DNA from: Escherichia phage AV103
DNA length: 39,735 nt
Strand: one strand, 5' to 3'
Sequence record: OR352934.1
Shown here: positions 1 through 11,192 of the stretch, one piece after another
How the letters are laid out: the number at the start of each line of letters is the position of its first letter
Position numbering within the stretch: position 1 is the first letter of the stretch
Position numbers and translations under genes: made by a program
The notes under the pieces: generated by a model
Told to the model about the DNA's origin: nothing
The model's database searches: none
Seen by the model: only the letters and a program-made list of their open reading frames with translations

Positions 1-1761
1 TCACCACTCAATGAAAGACGTACCGTAACCCTCATCGTCCTCAGAGTATACATCAACTCCTCCTACAGACATCTCAATGATGTGCGCGGCAGACACTGTA
101 GGACGCATCATGTGCTCCTCAAGGAAGTCAGCAAGCACTTCACCTTCGACCTTAATGGAATCCAACTGCATGGACTCACGGAGATACTCAATGCCTAACG
201 CAAGGGCATCCAATCGGTCATCGTGTGCCAGAGCGCCTTTATCACGGGTGATACGGGTCATCTGGTAGAACAGTGAATACTTAATGTCATGCTTACCGTC
301 TACGTCACGAGCGGACTGATAGTCGGCCCTAATGACCTCATCACGAATGACAAGGCGATGAGTCTGCATGACTGGCTCAAGGGTATCACAAATACGCACC
401 TCCTTCATACCGCGAGCACGAATCTCTTCCATTGCACAGTTGTGGTGTTTAAGAAGGATAGGGCTGAATACCTTACCGAACATACCATCACCGAAGTTAC
501 TCTCATAGACAACCGTCTGGACTCCCCATTGCTTCGCTTTCTTAGCGAGCAACTCAAGGGTCTTATCGGAGTAGCCATCACGGAAACCTCCAGCTTCCAT
601 AAGGTAGATATAACCGTTCAGGGTGTACAGTACAACATAACCTGTTTCGTCCTTACCGCGACCACTAGGGTCAATGACCAGAATCTTCTGTTGATACTGT
701 CCTGAGTTGTTGGAACAATCATGGTACGTATGAAGGTCATCACCTTTAAGACCAACGTTAGGAAGGTCCTCAATGATGTTCTGACGGTTCGGAAGCCACT
801 GGTAATGCATTGGGGCCTTCTCTAAGTCTAAGGCCGCTACGATAGCGTCACGGAGCCTCAGAGGGTACTTCTCGGCATCACTCAGGTTCGGGTTAAGCAT
901 GAACTGTAGTGTGAAGCCAGCCTTACCGTATTCCAACTCACGCTCACGAAGGTCATCACGGTCAAAGCGCACAGGGTCTGTAGGAGTCCCAGCTAGTGCC
1001 TCAGGGTTCTCATCGTACTCAGCACGCAGCATAGGAGCAAGTCGCTGTGCGTAATAGAGGTTCTCTTCACGAGTCCTTGGGTACAGAGCAGGCCAGATGA
1101 TAGTGGTGTACCCACGGTTATCTTCCAGTTCCTTATAGAGAGTCATCTCAGTTTGAGGTGTACCAAGGTAGATAACACGAGAAGTGGGCAATGGCTTAAG
1201 TAACGCAGCGAACTCCTGAACGAGAGTCCACAGCTTCTCACGGGCACCCATAGTCGCACTGTTAGACGGAATCTCAACGTCATCCGCAATGATAATGTCA
1301 GCACGGCTACCAGTTAACTGACCAGTGATACCTACTGATTTAACACTAGGAGAGTGGTCAGGTTTAGCTGGACCGACATCAAAGCTGATTACAGAATCAC
1401 GCTGTCCGGGTCTTGGCTTTAACTCAGCTAGGAACGGTAGAAGGTCAATGATGTTCTTAATGAAGATGGAGTTAGCGTCTGCACGTTCCTTAGAGGCTGA
1501 TACGATAAGTATCTTCAACTGAGGGTCTCTCCATAAGGACCACACAACGAACGCACATGTGATGAACGACTTACCGATACCACGGAAAGCCTGTAGGATA
1601 AACTTCTTGTTTTCTCCATTCGCCAGCACCTTAGCCATGTCAATCTGACACTTAGTGGGCACCGGAAGGTTTAACGCCTTCCATAAGACGAACAGGAACG
1701 CCACGAAGTCTCCTTTCAGTTGCGCCACTACGAGCGCATTACGATTGGCTTGAGTAGACAC
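1..1761 (-). CDS. 19: Terminase large subunit (DNA maturation protein B), 586 aa
   Basis: Full-length [22 protein letters not shown]...; length identical to T7 gp19; follows genes 18/18.5 as in T7. Confidence 0.95.
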   Translation of the reverse strand: MSTQANRNALVVAQLKGDFVAFLFVLWKALNLPVPTKCQIDMAKVLANGENKKFILQAFRGIGKSFITCAFVVWSLWRDPQLKILIVSASKERADANSIFIKNIIDLLPFLAELKPRPGQRDSVISFDVGPAKPDHSPSVKSVGITGQLTGSRADIIIADDVEIPSNSATMGAREKLWTLVQEFAALLKPLPTSRVIYLGTPQTEMTLYKELEDNRGYTTIIWPALYPRTREENLYYAQRLAPMLRAEYDENPEALAGTPTDPVRFDRDDLRERELEYGKAGFTLQFMLNPNLSDAEKYPLRLRDAIVAALDLEKAPMHYQWLPNRQNIIEDLPNVGLKGDDLHTYHDCSNNSGQYQQKILVIDPSGRGKDETGYVVLYTLNGYIYLMEAGGFRDGYSDKTLELLAKKAKQWGVQTVVYESNFGDGMFGKVFSPILLKHHNCAMEEIRARGMKEVRICDTLEPVMQTHRLVIRDEVIRADYQSARDVDGKHDIKYSLFYQMTRITRDKGALAHDDRLDALALGIEYLRESMQLDSIKVEGEVLADFLEEHMMRPTVSAAHIIEMSVGGVDVYSEDDEGYGTSFIEW

Positions 1762-1770
1762 GTTGCCTCC

Positions 1771-2214
1771 TTATTTGATTTCCTGTTTACGTTGCAGTTC
1801 ACGAATAGTATCCTGTAACGCACGAATCCATGCGTCACCCCTCTGGGTCACTGCGAGAATACGCTTAGCATCTCGGTCGTCAAGTTCGGCTCGACCATCA
1901 GGCTCGAACCCACACTGACCATAGGAGGCTCCGGTAGTTTTGACTCTGACGCGCAACCGCTTATTGTCGCTACGCAAATCAGAAATAATCCTATCAGTGC
2001 TACCTTCCAGCGCGGCAAGGTCTTCTTGATACTTAGCCGATATTTCATTGATTGCTCTTTGAGTGCTCGCCGTAGCCTCAACTCTCTTAACGTACTCATT
2101 GTGTACCTCCTGTTTCCATTTAGCGTCCATTGAGTCTGACCCTAGATGCCATCCTAATCCGAATAGCATCCCAGCGAGAACCCAAGGGACTAGTTTACGT
2201 AAAAATTCTAGCAT
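1771..2214 (-). CDS. 18.5: Rz-like i-spanin, 147 aa
   Basis: N-terminal hydrophobic segment (LVPWVLAGMLFGLGW), coiled-coil-like remainder, position after terminase small subunit; contains embedded Rz1-like ORF. Confidence 0.85.
   Translation of the reverse strand: MLEFLRKLVPWVLAGMLFGLGWHLGSDSMDAKWKQEVHNEYVKRVEATASTQRAINEISAKYQEDLAALEGSTDRIISDLRSDNKRLRVRVKTTGASYGQCGFEPDGRAELDDRDAKRILAVTQRGDAWIRALQDTIRELQRKQEIK
1848..2099 (-). CDS. 18.7: Rz1-like o-spanin lipoprotein, 83 aa, embedded in +1 frame of 18.5
   Basis: 83-aa ORF wholly inside 18.5 in another frame; signal peptide and lipobox-like ISGC; proline-rich mature part; same length as T7 gp18.7. Confidence 0.8.
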   Translation of the reverse strand: MSTLRELRLRRALKEQSMKYRLSIKKTLPRWKVALIGLFLICVATISGCASESKLPEPPMVSVGSSLMVEPNLTTEMLSVFSQ

Positions 2215-2267
2215 AATGCCTCCCGTTAACTTTCAGATTTCTCATAGGAGCATCTCGTATAGACAAT

Positions 2268-2313
2268 GACATCCATAAAGACCACTATATGTAGTGGCCT
2301 TGAGTATATCACT
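2268..2313 (-). promoter_or_regulatory. RNase III processing hairpin (R18.5-like)
   Basis: ATCCATAAAGACCACTATATGTAGTGGCCTTGAG inverted repeat, member of the recurring ATAAAGGCCAC...GACCTTGAG family. Confidence 0.5.
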
Positions 2314-2578
2314 GTAAAGTGTAAATATCGTCATCCGTAAGACCGTTATCACCAACTTTCTCTTTGTACTCTTCAAGAGCACCAGCAAGGCCACCCAAGA
2401 TGTGAACATCCGGCTGCAACTTACCAATCTGGAACTTGTGACGGTCTAACAGTTTGTTAATGGCGTTATAGAGTTGTGGGGAACGACGCTCAGGGTCTGA
2501 AAGGTCCGCAAGCATACGCTGAGCCATCGCAGTGTCCAGCATCTCTAAGAATGTAATAAGGCTCTTATCCTTTTCCAT
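2309..2578 (-). CDS. 18: Terminase small subunit (DNA maturation protein A), 89 aa
   Basis: 89-aa ORF MEKDKSLITFLEMLDTAMAQRM..., same length and position as T7 gp18. Confidence 0.9.
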   Translation of the reverse strand: MEKDKSLITFLEMLDTAMAQRMLADLSDPERRSPQLYNAINKLLDRHKFQIGKLQPDVHILGGLAGALEEYKEKVGDNGLTDDDIYTLQ

Positions 2579-2581
2579 ATA

Positions 2582-2785
2582 TCACTCCTTATTGGCTCTC
2601 TTCCAGTCAATTACTTTATCGACTACCTTAGCACCAATCTGAACTACTGTGTAGGCGATAGCGGCAACGTAGAACCACTCATTAAGACTCAGCCCGAAGA
2701 AAAGCCTCGCAGCGCCATCAGCCACACCTGTGCCAACAATAGGTGCAGCTTTGACTAACTCATTATTAAAATCCAAAGACAACAT
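2582..2785 (-). CDS. 17.5: Holin, 67 aa
   Basis: 67-aa ORF with one hydrophobic TM segment (AAPIVGTGVADGAARLFFGL) and charged C-terminus; position between tail fibre and gene 18. Confidence 0.85.
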   Translation of the reverse strand: MLSLDFNNELVKAAPIVGTGVADGAARLFFGLSLNEWFYVAAIAYTVVQIGAKVVDKVIDWKRANKE

Positions 2786-3225
2786 GTGTCCTCCTTATAA
2801 GAGTCCTTCCGTGGACTACACGTCTTTCCTTGATATGATTATTCCAGACCCTTCAACTCAGCCATGAGTTTCAGTAAGTCCTGCTCAATGTCCTTCTTAG
2901 TTCGCTTTTTGGTTTCCTCTGGTGCGTGGAATTTCTTACCGTCCCATGTACACCCTCTCCAGTTACCAGAGAACTCGAAGGAATCAGTCACAATAATGGT
3001 TCCTCCTTCTACTGGTACGTACATACCAGACACAGGCCCGTCGGTAGCCCACATAACGTCGCCGTTAGGTCCAATTCCAACCACCCATGTTTCTTGGCGC
3101 TCATCTAGTTCTTCCATCAAGGTGTACCAATCAACGTTATTGTGGTCACGAATCTCATAGATTGGTTTTCCAAAATAAAACCCTTCGGTCCACTTCCAGT
3201 TAGTAAATACTCTCATTGTCCCTCC

Positions 3226-4887
3226 TTATTGTGACGCAATGATTCTTTTTGTGCCATTATGGAAACCAAGCCATACTGGTCTTAAAAAGATACCAGCAAC
3301 ACCCCCATTACTAACGGTTGTACCTGTTTGAACATGTCCAGATGGCGCTATAATGTCGTGATAACCTCCACCGTATCGGTTCCACACTTGAGGACCTAGA
3401 TAGACATCCCCTATGAAATATCTTCGTATCCAATCATCTAGGTATCCGGAATCATACGCAATACCCCAAACTCTACCATTAGGGTCAAAAGAGCCATTCC
3501 GTACAACCACACGTCCACCATCGGCCCAAATCTCCCCAGGGACGTGGAAGTCTCCATTGGTATTGAACGACCAAAGTTTATCACCTGCCCCTTCGTCTTT
3601 CATATGTATGTGGAATGACGGATGCGCTCCATTCAGCAATGTACCGATAGACCAGCATCCTGCCCACCGTCCAGATTGGTAAGTTCGTTGCTTTATTATT
3701 GGGTGATATGAGCTTGTAGATTGTACACGAATCTGTTGGAAGAAAGGAGCTTTAGTGTTGTACTGGTCAGCGAAAGCGTGAGCTATGCGATCATCAGCAT
3801 CTGACTCTAACACACCGCCAGCTATTGTTAACTGATTAAGTCTAATCTGGTGACGATGTTGCTCAGTCTTGTCCGCTGCATACTCTATGAACCCTATACC
3901 GTCCGGTCGGTCAATAGCGAGGTCAGACTTAAGGAAGTCGCCTTCTTCCCAAAGACCCATACGGAACCTAAATGCGTGGTTAGTTTGGAGTCCGTATACG
4001 GGACCCCCAACCCAATAGCCCCCTCCTCTCCAGAATACAGTATCACCCTGAACGCTATCTACAGCACCAGCAAAAGCATTCATGTTGCCAAGTTTGTCTG
4101 CTTCCTGCTTCGCTCGGTCTGCTTGCTGTTTTGAAGAAGCCGCAGAATCCGCTGAGGCCGTAGCTGAGTTCCCAGCGTTTACCTCAGATTGGCGTGCAGC
4201 GGTAGCGGAGTTACCAGCAGACGTAGCGTATTGACCAGCGGTGTTCTTGAACTGTTCAGCCTCATTACGGAACCCATAAGCCTCATCACGCCACTGCTTC
4301 GTGTTAGCAGCATTAGTGCCAGACTCGGTCTTAAAGCCATCCGCTTGATTTCTGAAAGTCTCAGCCTCATTACGGAACTGCAGGGCCTCGTTACGCGCCT
4401 GCCATGAGCTTTGGTTCATGGTCTTAAGTTGACCAAGCGGAACAGCGTCACGGTCATCAACGGCGTTCGCTAGGTTCACGATACGACGACCACGGGCATC
4501 CAAGTGACCATCATTGTTGACACCAATAGTATCCGCAGTTAAGTCACGGGCTTCTTCCGCTACATGCATAGTCTGAATCTGAGCCACGTTAAGGTCGTAA
4601 GCACGCAGGATTGAACCATCCGTAAAGTCAACAAGACGGTCAGTCGTGGAGGTTACTCGGCGTAGCTCAATAGTAGTGTAACCATCCGCAGGTCCCCAAG
4701 ATTTGGTTAGCGAGATAGTAGTGCGCGTAGCAAAGCGATAATCTGTATTAAGTGTGAGTACCTTACGGTCAACACCAATGAGAGTTACCACTACGAACTT
4801 ACGGGCTAGATATTCAAACGGGATGTTAAAATCACGATTTGAACCATCTAACGGGTAAGTCAAAACGGTCTTAATTACGTTAGCCAT
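3226..4887 (-). CDS. 17: Tail fibre protein, 553 aa
   Basis: 553-aa ORF MANVIKTVLTYPLDGSNRDFNIPFEYLARKFVVVTLIGVDRKVL...; length equals T7 gp17; preceded by a T7-type promoter. Confidence 0.95.
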   Translation of the reverse strand: MANVIKTVLTYPLDGSNRDFNIPFEYLARKFVVVTLIGVDRKVLTLNTDYRFATRTTISLTKSWGPADGYTTIELRRVTSTTDRLVDFTDGSILRAYDLNVAQIQTMHVAEEARDLTADTIGVNNDGHLDARGRRIVNLANAVDDRDAVPLGQLKTMNQSSWQARNEALQFRNEAETFRNQADGFKTESGTNAANTKQWRDEAYGFRNEAEQFKNTAGQYATSAGNSATAARQSEVNAGNSATASADSAASSKQQADRAKQEADKLGNMNAFAGAVDSVQGDTVFWRGGGYWVGGPVYGLQTNHAFRFRMGLWEEGDFLKSDLAIDRPDGIGFIEYAADKTEQHRHQIRLNQLTIAGGVLESDADDRIAHAFADQYNTKAPFFQQIRVQSTSSYHPIIKQRTYQSGRWAGCWSIGTLLNGAHPSFHIHMKDEGAGDKLWSFNTNGDFHVPGEIWADGGRVVVRNGSFDPNGRVWGIAYDSGYLDDWIRRYFIGDVYLGPQVWNRYGGGYHDIIAPSGHVQTGTTVSNGGVAGIFLRPVWLGFHNGTKRIIASQ

Positions 4888-4939
4888 TTGACCTCCTTAA
4901 AGTAAATCTAAGAGACTACAGGGAGAAGATTCTTTCGCC

Positions 4940-4962
4940 TCTCCCTATAGTGAGTCGTATTA
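4940..4962 (-). promoter_or_regulatory. T7 RNAP promoter (phi17)
   Basis: Reverse complement reads TAATACGACTCACTATAGGGAGA immediately upstream of gene 17. Confidence 0.9.
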
Positions 4963-7900
4963 TTTCCTACGTTCCCTCAAGTTAACACCGTTCGCCTCAT
5001 AAATCTTCAACACAAGCTGTTGAGTAAGAGGGTCGTTAGGCACTAACTCTTTGGTAGAGTTCATCAAGCCAGTCATGAAGTCCTGCTCGGTTGCTTTGTT
5101 AGGTGAGTTAACCACACCAGCAGCATTCATTAAGGTAGCCCCTACGTTAGCCACAAAGCCAGCAGAAGGCATCTGTTCCAGCAGGTTTGAACCCATAGCT
5201 CCCATTACCTCTCTAGAGGTGTACGGTTTGTTTTTGTCGCGTTCCTTCGTGGTATCCTTAGGTAGAATCGTAGAGCGAGCCATCTTGGAGGACTCGAACC
5301 CTAAGGCACCACCAACTAGGTCAACCATAGCCAAAGGAGCACCCAAGTGAGAACTACGAGACAACGCAGCGTGGGCAATCATGGTTGGGTCCAGAGCACG
5401 CTCCAAGTACTCCTTACGTTTCTCCTCAGGCAGAGCGTATGCTTTGACGTGTACAGTCATAGCGTAGAAACCACCAGCGAGACCCATAGAGTTGATAATG
5501 CTCAGCGCAGCATCAATAGCTCGGTTGTTCTTGTATCCATCATAGAAGGTTCGCAGGAACTTAGAGTTAAGGGATTTGATAGTGAAAGTCTTAAACTGCA
5601 TTACCATCTTACCTAACGCTCCGAACGCATGGGAATCCTGTAAGGACACCTTATGCGGACGCAGCATTGCCTCATCAGCTACCTTGTCAGCCAGTCGCCA
5701 TAAGTCCATAGCCCTTGGGTCCATAGAGAACGCTTGCTTGTCCTTAATGGTAAACTTCCCGTCCTCACCTCGTACCATATGTTCCTTGATGAGAGACTTG
5801 ATGCCAGCCATCTGCTCAGGAGTTACTGAGGCACCACGAAGGAATCCTTCTTTCTCCCAGCGGGTAGTCCTACCTGCTAGGGTTGCACTAATAACGTCCC
5901 CAAGCATACCTTGACGCGCAGCATCCAGAAGGTAGTTAGTGGTTCCGTTCAGTAGCTTAGTCCACGGAGAGCGAGCAGCCAGTTCCTGTGTGGAGTACTT
6001 CAAGGTCCCTACGATGTTCGCCACAGCAGGTCCGGTATCAGTTGCTTCCCTTAGGCGCTGCACAATGTCAGCACGTTTAGGTCGAATCAACTGGTCCACC
6101 TCCTTCCCGAACAGAGACGCATGGAGTTCCTTGAGTTCCTTAGCGGAAACTGGTTTAGACTTGTAGAGGGTATCACGCAGAATTGGGATACCGTGGCCTA
6201 GAGCACGAACGTTGCCCGTGACAATCATCCCAGCAATCTCCGTAAGGTTCTGAGCGCCCATATAGGCGTTCTTAGCGAAGAACCCTAGGTCATTGATGGA
6301 ACGCAGTGCGGTTTCCCACACAGTGTCCTGATTGCGTCGAGCACGACCAGTGAGAATCTTAACGGTATCCATGAGAGCATGGACCTCGCCAGTCTTCTTA
6401 CCGTCTCCCTCAACTTTCGCTTTGAGAGCCAAAATCTCATCCTTAAGTTCCTTAGTGGTTTTACCAGTAGACCCCATGATGGCGATGTCACCGTTGATAC
6501 GGCGGTCATACGCTGGCATGATGCGGAACATATCGAAGTCCCTTAGGTCGTTCACTGAGAATTGCTGTCCGTCTGGCATAGTGATGGATAGGTCCGAATC
6601 AAACAAGTTACGCGCCTCAAGGAATGAGTTGTTCTCGATACCTACTAAGCCCTCAATGTTCTCTTCGATTATGGAACTATTGGTGAACTGGTCTGAATGG
6701 GAGATACCGTAAGCCTTATCCATAGCGTACTTCTCTACCATCTCTGGCGTTACTTCATTCACCCCGTGTACTTCCTTAAGCATCTCATCAACTCTAGCCT
6801 TGACCTCAGGTCTGGAGACGTAGCTGTTCATCCACGAACGAGCAATACCTTCCTGTAAACCTTCGGCACCGTAGCGTTGAATCATCAGTGCTTTAGCATG
6901 ACGGTCGTAAACGTGGGGAACGTAAGTCCCTTTGTGGCGACTCTCAGGGAAGATACTCACAGCCTTCGTATTACCGAAGATTGCTGGGTTTTCCATGAGT
7001 TCACGCTTGGTGTCAAAGTGACGCTTAATGATGTCCATAACGATTCTCTCAGACGGAGTGAGTGCCTTCTGTAGTTCTGGGCGCTCAATAGCCAGTGCCG
7101 CCCTACGATAGATAGTGTAGCGAGCTTCTTCACGTGACATCTTAGCGCCTCCAGTAGAGAACTCAGGGTCTTTCATCGCGTCAGACATCGCTTTGTACAA
7201 GTCATTATAGGTACGCTGGTCAGTGCCATGAAGTCTCTCATGGATGTCAGAAGCCGTTGCACCAAACTTACCTGAGGCACCGGACTGCATACCAGTCGGA
7301 GAGCGAACGAGGTCAATAGCCACTCTACGGATGTCAGCATCGTCAGACCCCAAGGTCTTCAAGCCAATCTCGGTGAACCCAGCAAGTTTGATTCCTCGTG
7401 CGGCCTTCTCAGGGTCAACCTCTGAGAACTCTTTGAGAGTCTTAGGGTTGATTGGGTTGCTTGCACTTAGGACGGAGCCATCATGTAACACCACGGCACC
7501 TCTCTCTGTTGGTAATTCCTCATAAGGGACACCATTATGTTCACCTTCAAACTTCATGTTCTCAGTGTTCATCCGAGAGAGGTCCGTAGAGTTGGCGTTA
7601 CGTGCTGTCTCACGGGCTTCCAATCGCATCATAGGACCGATGAACTCATTGTCGAACTCAGCTTCTGGTTTACTACGTTTCAGGCCAGCAGCTACAGCGT
7701 CACTGATTGCAGACATACCAGCACCAAACACAAAGCCACCTAAGGCCGCACCAGCATAGTCTGCATCACCACCAGCTACGGAGGTACGGAGACCTTCGGA
7801 TGCAACGTTCAGCGCAGCACTTTCTGCACCAACTACGAGAGCCTTATTGATTAACTTAAAGCCCTTACCAGTTACACCGACCATAGGAACATAGCTAAGT

Positions 7901-8916
7901 GGGTCCACACCAGCGCCAATAACGCCAGCACTCAGTTTGGCACCTAGACCAGCTTCGGCAGCGCGGGAGTCAGCCTCAAAGTTCTCGTTAGCCAGCTTTA
8001 TGAGGTCGTCAAGATTCTCAGGGGAACCACCAGTTACCACGTTGATGTACGCAGGGTTCTTAACCTCTTTCCTAATCTTCTCTAACTCTTCTGGAGTCCA
8101 GATGTGAGAGTTCCAGCGAGTCGGCGTAATGGTGTCTTTAAACACATCAAAACCATTGTCGAGACGACCAGCACGGAAAGCCATCCCAGCTACTGAGTTT
8201 GAGAGTTCAGCTTCGGCAGCATTTTTGAATCCGAAGAAGGTTGAACGATTATTGTACTCGTCAAGTGTTTCTCCGTGGGTCTCCCAAAAGTCCTTGGCGA
8301 ATGGTTTCGCCGGAGCTTCCTGTTCGATACCCTTAACGTCAAAACTTGTGGACTCAGGAAGTTCCTGTGTTACTTTCTGACTGTGACCGATTCCAGCCAA
8401 TCCTACCTCAGCCGGAATGCCTTTACCCTTTGGGGTGATACCTCCAAAAGTTTCCAACTGCCCAGCCATAGGTGACTTAGCAACATCCAGAAGGTTACGC
8501 AGGTAATTACGCCCTTCCTCAGAGATGGACGCGAAGTCTCCCTTGGAGTACGCCTCAAGTTGTGGATTACCCAAGTGTCCCTCGCCTTGGTTGTACGCAA
8601 GGGCAGCTTTGAGTTCGTCCCCATCAAATTTACGCACCAGTTCAGCAAGGTGCTTAGCGGCAGCATTAATAGCTAACTCAGGGTTCAGTCGGTCATCATC
8701 TGGACCATCGGTAACTCGCAACCCCATAGCCTTAGCTGTAGCCTTGGTGAATTGCATCATCCCTAGCGGTCCAGTATTAGATTTAGCTGTAGGTATAAAT
8801 CGTGATTCCGTCCAAGCGACTTTACGTAAAAGGTCATAAGAGACCCCTGTGGCATCAGCCGCCTTCTGGAACAGACCATCATACTCACTTGGTACGTTCT
8901 TATCGTACTTATCCAT
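4960..8916 (-). CDS. 16: Internal virion protein D with N-terminal lytic transglycosylase domain, 1318 aa
   Basis: 1318-aa ORF; N-terminus AWTESRFIPTAKSNTGPLGMMQF is an SLT-type motif; length equals T7 gp16. Confidence 0.95.
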   Translation of the reverse strand: MDKYDKNVPSEYDGLFQKAADATGVSYDLLRKVAWTESRFIPTAKSNTGPLGMMQFTKATAKAMGLRVTDGPDDDRLNPELAINAAAKHLAELVRKFDGDELKAALAYNQGEGHLGNPQLEAYSKGDFASISEEGRNYLRNLLDVAKSPMAGQLETFGGITPKGKGIPAEVGLAGIGHSQKVTQELPESTSFDVKGIEQEAPAKPFAKDFWETHGETLDEYNNRSTFFGFKNAAEAELSNSVAGMAFRAGRLDNGFDVFKDTITPTRWNSHIWTPEELEKIRKEVKNPAYINVVTGGSPENLDDLIKLANENFEADSRAAEAGLGAKLSAGVIGAGVDPLSYVPMVGVTGKGFKLINKALVVGAESAALNVASEGLRTSVAGGDADYAGAALGGFVFGAGMSAISDAVAAGLKRSKPEAEFDNEFIGPMMRLEARETARNANSTDLSRMNTENMKFEGEHNGVPYEELPTERGAVVLHDGSVLSASNPINPKTLKEFSEVDPEKAARGIKLAGFTEIGLKTLGSDDADIRRVAIDLVRSPTGMQSGASGKFGATASDIHERLHGTDQRTYNDLYKAMSDAMKDPEFSTGGAKMSREEARYTIYRRAALAIERPELQKALTPSERIVMDIIKRHFDTKRELMENPAIFGNTKAVSIFPESRHKGTYVPHVYDRHAKALMIQRYGAEGLQEGIARSWMNSYVSRPEVKARVDEMLKEVHGVNEVTPEMVEKYAMDKAYGISHSDQFTNSSIIEENIEGLVGIENNSFLEARNLFDSDLSITMPDGQQFSVNDLRDFDMFRIMPAYDRRINGDIAIMGSTGKTTKELKDEILALKAKVEGDGKKTGEVHALMDTVKILTGRARRNQDTVWETALRSINDLGFFAKNAYMGAQNLTEIAGMIVTGNVRALGHGIPILRDTLYKSKPVSAKELKELHASLFGKEVDQLIRPKRADIVQRLREATDTGPAVANIVGTLKYSTQELAARSPWTKLLNGTTNYLLDAARQGMLGDVISATLAGRTTRWEKEGFLRGASVTPEQMAGIKSLIKEHMVRGEDGKFTIKDKQAFSMDPRAMDLWRLADKVADEAMLRPHKVSLQDSHAFGALGKMVMQFKTFTIKSLNSKFLRTFYDGYKNNRAIDAALSIINSMGLAGGFYAMTVHVKAYALPEEKRKEYLERALDPTMIAHAALSRSSHLGAPLAMVDLVGGALGFESSKMARSTILPKDTTKERDKNKPYTSREVMGAMGSNLLEQMPSAGFVANVGATLMNAAGVVNSPNKATEQDFMTGLMNSTKELVPNDPLTQQLVLKIYEANGVNLRERRK

Positions 8917-8942
8917 TTAGGGCCTCCTTATGTAGCCTTTAG

Positions 8943-11186
8943 TTACTCCTTACGTCCATAGATGAACTTAGGAGTCTGTTTACGTTTCTCTCGGACTCGC
9001 TTAGCAGCAGCTTCACGGGCCTTCTTAGCAGTAGCGATAGGTGCTCGCTTGTTAACATCAGCCAGAGCCTTCTCGCGAGCCTTCTCTTCGAGTTTCTTCT
9101 GGTTCTCACTCCAGACCTTCGAGAGTAACTCTTTATCATAACGGACGCGGACTTGACCAGTGGTGTCCATAAGGTAAATGGAGTCACCTTGAGAATACAT
9201 GGTCAGTTGCTTGTTGGTTATCCAAGGGTTGCTCGCAATGATTCCCTTACGTGCTTCCTCCAGAATATCACGACCTTGCTCCCATGATTTCGGGTCAGAG
9301 TTGACTTGCATCATGTTCTTCGGAATTACACCAACGGTATCACCATCAACATCATCACCAGTGAACGTGTAGGTAGATTCCTTAAGGAACTTGGTCATCT
9401 GCTCCATAGCCATACTTTCGTTCCCTGAGCGATATTTAACTGAGTCATAAATCTTACGCGCAGACTCACGTAGTGACGCTGGCATACGGGCAATCTCAGG
9501 GGACGTAGAGCTATTCAGTGCAGACTCGAATGCTATCATCCTCGAAGCGTTTTGCTCTTTGGAACGCTTGGCAGTCAGTCGGTCAGCGTCAAGAATAACC
9601 TGAGGGTCAATACCCTGCTTGTCCATCATGTCCATCGTCAGGAATAGCTCAGCTTGGTCTGGATATAGCGCAGCAATCAACTGAGGGTCGGCATTACGGA
9701 TTCTACGTAGAGCATCCAGAGCTGGGGTTCGTTCTGGCAACTTACCGTTAATCACAGCGGCAGACCACTCTTGACTAGCATCAGTCACCATAGTCCCGAT
9801 TGCTGTACGGAATGCCCCGTCCTTAGAGTCCGCTTGAAGGTATTTCAGTTTCATCATGTCCTTGGCGCTATCTGGGATGTCCATGCGGTCAATCTCAGCG
9901 AGCTTCTTATTGGCGTAGTTGACCATATCGCTATGCTTGAACTCACCAGTGTTCTCGTTGACTGGCATATCCTTAAAGTCCGTTGAGACCCACTCACCGT
10001 TGATTCGCTTCTGGAACTGCTTGTCGATTACATCAAGTTTGTTCATAGACTTCATGGAATCATCCAGAGCCTTGGCCTGAGCTTTCGTCCATGCGTTCAT
10101 CTGGTTCTGAACTTGCTCCTGTGCCGAGATTAGCCACTCACGTTGTGGTGTCATCTGCTCATCAGGTTGAACCTTATCGAGTTCAGCCTTGATACCTTGA
10201 AGCATCTCCCACGCAGTGCGAGGGTCCTCTTGGTTCAGCGCAGAGTTAATCTTCAAGCGGTACTGCTCGTTCAGCTTAGCGTCATTCTCAAACTGAGAAC
10301 GTTGCGCTGTCACCATGAGAGCATTCCACTGCTCTTCACCCATCAACTCTCGGTAAGTCGTAGTGGCTCCGTTAAGTGTTACCTTCTTGTCGCCTACTCG
10401 CATCAGGAAGTCAGCACCACCAGCACGGCTAGAAGCGTCACTGAATGCTTGACTTATAAGCTGTGTGGCTTGAGCGTCAGACGGGATTGCTCCAGTAACC
10501 AGACCGTTGTCGATGTACTTCTCAAAGAAGTCCGCAGAGTCTTGGCGGCGAAGCATATCGGGGTCTTGAAGGACACTGTTGAGTTCCACTCGGCTGTTCA
10601 TGATGGCACCCTTCTGAGCTTGCTGGCTCAAGAAGTTATCATGTGCGCCATACAGCGAGATGTTACGCTCGGTGATGTCCCCGTTGAAACCACGCTGATA
10701 ATCAACGTCATCAGGGTCAATACCAAACTGCTCAGCGTATGTCTTAGCGCCCTCTTGAAGACGACTGTGACGATACTCTTCCATTTCTTCACGAGTGCGG
10801 AAGACACCCTCTTTGATCTTCTGCATAACGTCATCGTCAACAAGGTACGCTGCATTACGACCAGTCTTGACTCGCAGTGCTTCCATAGCGTATGGGTCAT
10901 CCTGATACAGAAGGGTCCCATTGTTGAGAGCTTCTCGACGTTGCTCAGGGGTCAGCTTACGGATAATCTCGTTGGAGCGTTCGTCAGCTAGGTCTCGTGC
11001 TCTCTGTTCCTTAGCGGTATACATATCAGCACCAGCCTGAGCGAACCGACCAATGGTGTCCAATAGGCTTGACCTTGGTTGTCCAGCTTGAGTGGTTGCT
11101 GCACGATAGCCCATACCGCCAGCACCACCACGTAACCGAGAGAGTCCCGGTTGTGCCGCTTGAAGGGCAGATTCAATTTTACTCAT
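8943..11186 (-). CDS. 15: Internal virion (core) protein C, 747 aa
   Basis: 747-aa ORF, same length and position as T7 gp15. Confidence 0.9.
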   Translation of the reverse strand: MSKIESALQAAQPGLSRLRGGAGGMGYRAATTQAGQPRSSLLDTIGRFAQAGADMYTAKEQRARDLADERSNEIIRKLTPEQRREALNNGTLLYQDDPYAMEALRVKTGRNAAYLVDDDVMQKIKEGVFRTREEMEEYRHSRLQEGAKTYAEQFGIDPDDVDYQRGFNGDITERNISLYGAHDNFLSQQAQKGAIMNSRVELNSVLQDPDMLRRQDSADFFEKYIDNGLVTGAIPSDAQATQLISQAFSDASSRAGGADFLMRVGDKKVTLNGATTTYRELMGEEQWNALMVTAQRSQFENDAKLNEQYRLKINSALNQEDPRTAWEMLQGIKAELDKVQPDEQMTPQREWLISAQEQVQNQMNAWTKAQAKALDDSMKSMNKLDVIDKQFQKRINGEWVSTDFKDMPVNENTGEFKHSDMVNYANKKLAEIDRMDIPDSAKDMMKLKYLQADSKDGAFRTAIGTMVTDASQEWSAAVINGKLPERTPALDALRRIRNADPQLIAALYPDQAELFLTMDMMDKQGIDPQVILDADRLTAKRSKEQNASRMIAFESALNSSTSPEIARMPASLRESARKIYDSVKYRSGNESMAMEQMTKFLKESTYTFTGDDVDGDTVGVIPKNMMQVNSDPKSWEQGRDILEEARKGIIASNPWITNKQLTMYSQGDSIYLMDTTGQVRVRYDKELLSKVWSENQKKLEEKAREKALADVNKRAPIATAKKAREAAAKRVREKRKQTPKFIYGRKE

Positions 11187-11192
11187 AGTTCA

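Noticed and set aside
1-1761. Internal out-of-frame ORFs in gene 19 (T7 19.2/19.3 analogues)
   Set aside because: Cannot distinguish these from chance ORFs by sequence alone; not called.
10143-10991. 282-aa plus-strand ORF
   Set aside because: Lies antisense within gene 15; no SD or promoter, and all confirmed genes and all 17 phage promoters are on the minus strand. Shadow ORF.
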